Notes under the pieces: generated by a model
The model's input: the letters and a program-made list of their open reading frames with translations, nothing else
The model's database searches: none
What the model was told of the DNA's origin: nothing
Made by a program: the position numbers and the translations under genes
Shown: positions 58,797 through 64,000 of the stretch, piece by piece
Position numbering within the stretch: the stretch's first letter is position 1
Layout: the number at the start of each line of letters is the position of its first letter
From: Gemmatimonadales bacterium
GTDB lineage: Bacteria; Gemmatimonadota; Gemmatimonadetes; Palauibacterales; Palauibacteraceae
NCBI GenBank assembly: GCA_050114915.1
Contig: JASFRN010000001.1
Location: forward strand, 5,020 to 69,019
Direction: 5' to 3'
DNA length: 64,000 nt

Positions 58797-61033
58797 CGCC
58801 GGTCTCGCAGCTGGCGCCAGGCACGCAGGCCGAGGCGGCGTCTGGGCGGGCTCCACAGCGCGAAGGCGTGCCAGCGCAGGTGGCGCAGCGCCGAATCGAG
58901 GCCGTCGAGGTCGCGCCGCGCGGCGCCGTCCATGAGATCGCCGATCAGGTCGGGATCCTTTGCCAGAAGCTGACGATCGCCAAGCGCCGCATGCAGCACG
59001 GTGCGGGACACGCTCGGGTCGAAGCGCCAGACCGTTTCACCGGCATGGCGGCGCACGGCCGCCGAATCGTGGCGCAGGGCCCGCGCTACGTGCGATGCGG
59101 CGGTGCGCGTGCCGACGCGCGCGAGGGCGAGGAACGCCTCGCGGACGACCCGATCGTGCGCGTGCTCCGTCGTCTTCGCGATCGCTCCCTCCCAGCCGGG
59201 ACCGGCATGACCGAGGAGAGCGAGCACGTTGCGGACGACGTACCACTTCGGATGTGACAGGTACGGCTCGAGATGCTCCGCCAGCTCTCGGGCCCGCGGC
59301 TGCAGGGCGAGCATCAGTCGATGCCGGGCGGCCAGGTCGGCTTCCGACGCCAGGCTGTCGACGAGCGCACCGACACCCGTGGCGCCGAGCTCGCAGATGA
59401 TCGTCACCAGGGGTGGCTCCCCCTCCTCGGTCGGCGGCAGGGACGAGACCCGGTGAATGAACTCGGGCGTCACGTACTGGTCGAGCGTTGCGCGGATCCG
59501 CTGGGCCACGTCTTCGTCCTGCGCCGCCCGCCGACGCGCCACGCGGGCGAAGGCGGCCAGCCAGCCGGCCAGGCGGCCGGCGTCGCCGCGCGACTCGAGG
59601 TTGAAGAACAACCCTCGCGACCTCCGGACGGTCGCTCCGATGACGGCCGGGTCCGAGCTCAGGCCGAGGATGTCCAGGCAGCAGCGGAGCCGATTCTCGG
59701 TCGGATCCGACTCCACCACCCGTCGTACTACCGCGTCGAGCTCTCCAGCGGCTTCCTCGTCGACGGCGAGATCGAACGCATGCAGCGCGACGTAGTCGGC
59801 GTCCTCGCCGTCCTCGACCGTCAGGCGCCGATCCACGTCGTCTGCGTCCTCACGGATCGTCGACTCGTCGTCGGACCCGAGCCCGTCGTCGGGGTCGCTC
59901 AGCCGCCGGGAAACCTCGGCTAGCACGCGCGGGCGTCGGGACTCCGGCAGATCCAGCCGGGCGAGTCCCGCCGTCAGCATCTCGCGGCCGCCGACCCCCA
60001 GGTCGAGGAGCATGGTCATGGCGTCGGCGATCTCGGCATCGTCGAAGTGACGAAGAATCGAGCCGCCTCCGCGCCCGTCGACCAGCTCCGGCAGGACGGA
60101 GTCCTTCAGGAGGCGTTCGCGGACGGCTTTGGGCAACTCGCGAACGGTGTCGGCGAGACGCCGGAACAGCGTTTCCGCCACCGCCGGATCGGTGTGCGCG
60201 TAGAGCTCGGTGATTTCGCCGAAATGACGCAGCATCGCCTCGGCGGGGGAGGCGGTCTCCGTCGATCCGCCGGCCATCTGGTGAAGGGCCATCCCGAGGG
60301 ACGGCGCGTCCCGGAGTAGCAGCGGCAGGTCTTCGATCCCCACCCGGTCGAGTGCCGCCGAGGGGTCGAGGCGGATCCAGCCACCCTCCACGGAGCTCGT
60401 CGTATCGTCGGCAGGCAGAGCCGTGCGATTGCGCTCCAGGAGCTCGAGCAGGCCGGTGGGCACGGTTCCCGCCTCGACCGTCTGGTGCGTGTTGATCACC
60501 TGCGCCTCGATGTACGACACGCCCCGCTCGGCGAGGATCTCCGGCAGCACCTCGACCCGTTCGGCGAGAGCGTCGGGGAAGGCGAGAAGCTGGCAGAGCT
60601 GCCGGAAATCGCGGATCGGGGCGCCGCGCCGGAAGGCGAGGGACGACACGTACGCCTTCCGCAGGGCGAGAGCGAGGGCGCGCTCGGGCCCGCGCTCGCC
60701 GTGCACGAGCTCGCCGGCGTGGCGCAGCCCCTCGTTCGTCACGTCGAGGATCAGCGGCGCGTCGTCGTTCGGAACGCAGGGCTGGAGAGCCGTCCGGGCG
60801 ACTTCCAGAACGTCCGCCCGCGCCGGGCTGCCGGCGGGATACGTGTGGAACGCATGAACCGCTCGGGCGAGGGCGGTGGTGAACTTCGCGACCTCGGCCG
60901 TCGAGGACGGGGCCGTTCCGCCGCCGTCCAACGACGCGGCCGGGTCGGCGGCCGCCGCTTCGACGGAGGGACCACCGCTCCCGGGATCGCCGACGTTTGG
61001 TCGCAAAGTGCAGACTCCTCTGGATGCATGCAT
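58793..61033 (-). CDS. large hypothetical protein (746 aa) with C-terminal HEAT-like repeats, co-transcribed with the HD-GYP gene
   Basis: Coherent GC3-rich ORF with no recognised catalytic domain. The C-terminus has ARM/HEAT-like helical repeats (HPKWYVVRNVLALLGHAG...VREAFLALARVG). The start is uncertain. Confidence 0.5.
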   Translation of the reverse strand: MHASRGVCTLRPNVGDPGSGGPSVEAAAADPAASLDGGGTAPSSTAEVAKFTTALARAVHAFHTYPAGSPARADVLEVARTALQPCVPNDDAPLILDVTNEGLRHAGELVHGERGPERALALALRKAYVSSLAFRRGAPIRDFRQLCQLLAFPDALAERVEVLPEILAERGVSYIEAQVINTHQTVEAGTVPTGLLELLERNRTALPADDTTSSVEGGWIRLDPSAALDRVGIEDLPLLLRDAPSLGMALHQMAGGSTETASPAEAMLRHFGEITELYAHTDPAVAETLFRRLADTVRELPKAVRERLLKDSVLPELVDGRGGGSILRHFDDAEIADAMTMLLDLGVGGREMLTAGLARLDLPESRRPRVLAEVSRRLSDPDDGLGSDDESTIREDADDVDRRLTVEDGEDADYVALHAFDLAVDEEAAGELDAVVRRVVESDPTENRLRCCLDILGLSSDPAVIGATVRRSRGLFFNLESRGDAGRLAGWLAAFARVARRRAAQDEDVAQRIRATLDQYVTPEFIHRVSSLPPTEEGEPPLVTIICELGATGVGALVDSLASEADLAARHRLMLALQPRARELAEHLEPYLSHPKWYVVRNVLALLGHAGPGWEGAIAKTTEHAHDRVVREAFLALARVGTRTAASHVARALRHDSAAVRRHAGETVWRFDPSVSRTVLHAALGDRQLLAKDPDLIGDLMDGAARRDLDGLDSALRHLRWHAFALWSPPRRRLGLRAWRQLRDRR

Positions 61034-61195
61034 GACGCCGCGGCCGCGCCGCGACCATCAGAGGCCGCGGAGGGCCGAAGTCACCCATAGAGGGGCAGGA
61101 TGCGTGCCGCCGCCGGCACGGGTCGTTGCCGCGTTTCGCCCGCCGCGAGTAGCTTAGACGCCCGTCCCGGTCCCCTTCCAACGGAGATTTGCGCG

Positions 61196-61633
61196 ATGCT
61201 GAAGGAATTCAAGGAATTCGCCGCCAAGGGAAACGTGCTCGACATGGCGGTGGGAATCGTGATCGGCGCCGCGTTCGGCACGATCGTGAAGTCGTTCGTC
61301 GACCAGGTGCTCATGCCCCCGATCGGCCTTGCGCTGGGCAGGGTGGATTTCTCGAACCTGTACGTGCAGCTGGCCCCCGGGGACCCGACGGGCCCCTATG
61401 CCTCGCTGGCGGCTGCCCAGGACGCCGGGGCCGTAGTCATCGCGTGGGGCGCGTTTCTCAACGCGGTGATCTCTTTCCTGATCATTGCCTTCTGCGTGTT
61501 CCTGGTCGTGAAGGGATACAACCGGATGATGCGCGAGGACGAGCAGGAGGAGACGCCCGCGGCGCCGCCCGAACCGCCGGCCGAGGAGAAGCTGCTGACC
61601 GAGATCCGCGACCTGCTGAAGGCCCGCGGCTGA
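61196..61633 (+). CDS. mscL: large-conductance mechanosensitive channel
   Basis: [31 protein letters not shown]... is the canonical MscL N-terminus. GGAG lies 9 nt upstream of the ATG at 61196. Confidence 0.85.
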   Translation: MLKEFKEFAAKGNVLDMAVGIVIGAAFGTIVKSFVDQVLMPPIGLALGRVDFSNLYVQLAPGDPTGPYASLAAAQDAGAVVIAWGAFLNAVISFLIIAFCVFLVVKGYNRMMREDEQEETPAAPPEPPAEEKLLTEIRDLLKARG

Positions 61634-61684
61634 TCCTGTTCGGTGTGGCGGCCGGCCCCGGCAGGGACCGGCCGCCCGCCGCGG

Positions 61685-64000
61685 TCAATCCACCACGACC
61701 GTCGCCTCGAGAACCCGGTCGACGCGGGCCCGCGTCTCCGCGAGGTGCGCCCGGGTGGTCCGGTCGACACGCGCGCCGGCGAGCGCCCGCCCGAGTCGGG
61801 CGGAGAGCTCCGACAGCTCGAGGCGAGCCAAGGCGGTGGCGTCTCCCGGCGCGGCGTCGGACAGGGCGAGGCCGATCAGATCATCGGTGTAGATGCGCTG
61901 CAGGTTTCGCCGCATCGGGGATGTCGATCGGGCGTTGGCGCCGCGTCCCAGCTCGCTCCATACCGAAGCGGTGAGGGTCCCGAACATCTCGCTCACCGTG
62001 TAGACGTCGTCCCCACGGGTGGCGAGGGTCTCCTGGTCCAGCATCCGGGCGAGACGCGGCGGCGTCAGGAGGTTCGACAACAGGCTCGCGTGGATCGCCT
62101 GCATGTTCGCCAGCACCGGAAACTGCAGGATCGTGGCGGGATCCTGGCCCCACGTACTCCAGCGGTTCGGCAGCAGCTTGTTCAACAGGGTCGCGTCGAA
62201 CGTGAATGAACCCTCCGCCAGCATGGTGCCGGCGATCAGGTCGACGGCGGCCCGCTGCTTCTCCGCCGACACGGGGGTGAACGCCGGGCGCTGGCCGGGA
62301 TCACCGCGGTGGTCGCGCGCCACATAGGCGCCCCCGACGTACTTGACCAGCGGCATGGTCGCGTTCAGACGCTCGAACGTCAGGCTGTTGACGGCCGACC
62401 GCAGCCGCTGATAGCCCTCGCCCTCGTCGACGATTCGTTCCTCGACCGTCGGCATGATTTCGTCGACGATCTGCGCCCGGGTGCGGGCGTACGCGAAGTG
62501 ATCGCTGCCCAGCTCCCACGCGCTGCTGAGCGGATCGACGGCGTAGGCTCCCAGCCAGTTGTCCTCGTCCGTGCCGTAGGTATGCATCGGGTCGGACGCT
62601 TGCGCGGCGATCTTGCGCAGCCCGTTGAGCTCGTCCTCCGAAGAGGTCGCCGGCGTGCCGTGCGTCACCAGGGCTCCGTCGGCCGGCTGCTCGTAGATCG
62701 TCGAATACGCATACTGGATCGCCCAGCGGTCGTAGGAGCCCGGGCCGGTGTTCCAGTACTGGCCCTGGTCCTCCGGGTTCGGCGCGATGTTCACCGGGTT
62801 GTAGTCCATGACCGAGAGGCTGAGTCCGTTGACCTTCGTGAACGATTCGTCGTTCAGGCGGTCGCTCGGAACGCCGGCCGAGCTCTTGAAGTTGTGCCGC
62901 AGCCCCAGCACGTGCCCGGTCTCGTGCAGCACCAGGTCGACGATCGCGTCCCCGATATACTCCTCGGGCACCTCTTCACCGGGCTTCAGCGTACCGAGCC
63001 CGAGCAGGGCGGCGTGCTCGAAGCCCAGCTGCTGGGCCATGCCCACTTGGGCGTAGCACCGGTAGGCCAGCTGCCACGGGTCGAGCGTCAGCGCCTGCCG
63101 GTTCTCCGCTTCGCGCGCCGCGATCATGGCGGCGAGCTCGCTCGTCGGCTGCGCCTCGCTTCCGGGATTGCCCATGCGCTGGAAGTTCCAGATCCAGCTC
63201 TGCATGAAACCGGACGACAGGAGAACGTCGCCGTTGAGCTGCTCGCCCGTCCGCGGATCGGACTGCGAAGGGCCGATCGCATAGCCCATCTGGTGCGCGG
63301 CGGTCCAGCGCACGGCCGAGTAGCGAATGTCCTCGGCGTTCCAGTTCGGATCGTCCGGGGCGTCCTTCGCGACGACGGCATTCCGGAAGCCCGCCTGCTC
63401 GAAGGCCGAGTTCCAGGCCTCGATGCCGCGGCGCACGTAGGGCCGGTACTCGACCGGGACGCTCCGGTCGATGTAGAACACGATCGGCTCGACGGGCTCG
63501 GACATCTCCGCCGTCGGGTCCTTCTTCTCGAGCCGCCAGCGGCGGACGATATCCACGTACAGGTCTTTCTCCTGGTCGCGGGAGAAGTCCTTGACGGCGT
63601 CGAGGAAATGTCCGACCCGGTCGTCGGCCAGCCGGGCCCGCATCGGGACCTCGGGGAGGGCGTAGATCGAGTAGCGAACGCCGACGGGAACCGAGCGCGT
63701 GTCGGGGACGCCCTCGCCGCCGAAGGTCGGACGCGTCCGCGACGTGTAGGTCAGCATCGCGTCGATTTCCAGGTTTTTCGGAAATGCCTGGATGTTCGCG
63801 ACGTAGCTCCGGTCCTCGTCCAGGCTGGGCGTCTTGTCGTCGTAATACGGCTCGAGGCGACGGGCGAGATCGGAGTAGTCGGAGACGAGGAAATCGGTGA
63901 CGTCGACCAGGAGGTTGTGGGTCGAGTCGTTCTCGCTCGCCACGTCCCAGGCGGCGACGATCGAGTGGGCGGTGTTCCCCTCGACGGACGTGCGCATCGG
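61685..64000 (-). CDS. zinc-dependent metalloprotease (DUF4953/DUF5117-type zincin); N-terminus beyond the window end
   Basis: HETGHVLGLRHNF zincin motif. The ORF stays open to the window edge. Confidence 0.6.
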   Translation of the reverse strand, partial: PMRTSVEGNTAHSIVAAWDVASENDSTHNLLVDVTDFLVSDYSDLARRLEPYYDDKTPSLDEDRSYVANIQAFPKNLEIDAMLTYTSRTRPTFGGEGVPDTRSVPVGVRYSIYALPEVPMRARLADDRVGHFLDAVKDFSRDQEKDLYVDIVRRWRLEKKDPTAEMSEPVEPIVFYIDRSVPVEYRPYVRRGIEAWNSAFEQAGFRNAVVAKDAPDDPNWNAEDIRYSAVRWTAAHQMGYAIGPSQSDPRTGEQLNGDVLLSSGFMQSWIWNFQRMGNPGSEAQPTSELAAMIAAREAENRQALTLDPWQLAYRCYAQVGMAQQLGFEHAALLGLGTLKPGEEVPEEYIGDAIVDLVLHETGHVLGLRHNFKSSAGVPSDRLNDESFTKVNGLSLSVMDYNPVNIAPNPEDQGQYWNTGPGSYDRWAIQYAYSTIYEQPADGALVTHGTPATSSEDELNGLRKIAAQASDPMHTYGTDEDNWLGAYAVDPLSSAWELGSDHFAYARTRAQIVDEIMPTVEERIVDEGEGYQRLRSAVNSLTFERLNATMPLVKYVGGAYVARDHRGDPGQRPAFTPVSAEKQRAAVDLIAGTMLAEGSFTFDATLLNKLLPNRWSTWGQDPATILQFPVLANMQAIHASLLSNLLTPPRLARMLDQETLATRGDDVYTVSEMFGTLTASVWSELGRGANARSTSPMRRNLQRIYTDDLIGLALSDAAPGDATALARLELSELSARLGRALAGARVDRTTRAHLAETRARVDRVLEATVVVD

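Noticed and set aside
61034-61195. Possible extension of mscL to the upstream in-frame start at 61100
   Set aside because: The ORF track starts at 61100, but the canonical MscL N-terminus MLKEFKEF begins at the ATG at 61196 with a GGAG RBS. The upstream extension is Arg-rich junk.

Overview
This is a high-GC (~70%) bacterial chromosomal window, compact and protein-dense, with many overlapping start/stop junctions and GTG/TTG starts. Many secreted or outer-membrane proteins and a TPR Ser/Thr kinase hint at a Gram-negative lineage, possibly Gemmatimonadota or Acidobacteriota. That lineage guess is inference only.

Main content, in order:
- A polyamine cluster: speA, agmatinase, a deoxyhypusine-synthase-like gene and a LOG-family gene.
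- An sdhCAB operon fused to crcB, DUF190 and tenA.
- A redox island: a secreted PrxQ/Bcp peroxiredoxin whose peroxidatic Cys codon is an in-frame TGA (candidate selenoprotein with a SECIS-like hairpin), next to ccdA and a tlpA-like gene.
- A complete trpE-G-D-C-F-B-A operon plus a DAHP synthase, preceded by a 30-aa leader peptide with three tandem Trp codons and a strong intrinsic terminator (a classic attenuator).
- A GH20 hexosaminidase and a trio of secreted beta-propeller proteins.
- An ECF sigma factor translationally coupled to a TPR Ser/Thr kinase.
- An RLAN/RimK ATP-grasp plus GCS2 amidoligase pair.
- A BlaI / BlaR1(M56)-HEAT / HEAT-repeat module with a perfect palindromic operator.
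- MscS, MscL, and an HD-GYP phosphodiesterase co-transcribed with a large unknown protein.

I found no rRNA, tRNA, CRISPR array or recognisable mobile element. Most of the long six-frame ORFs that run antisense to these genes are GC-driven artefacts.
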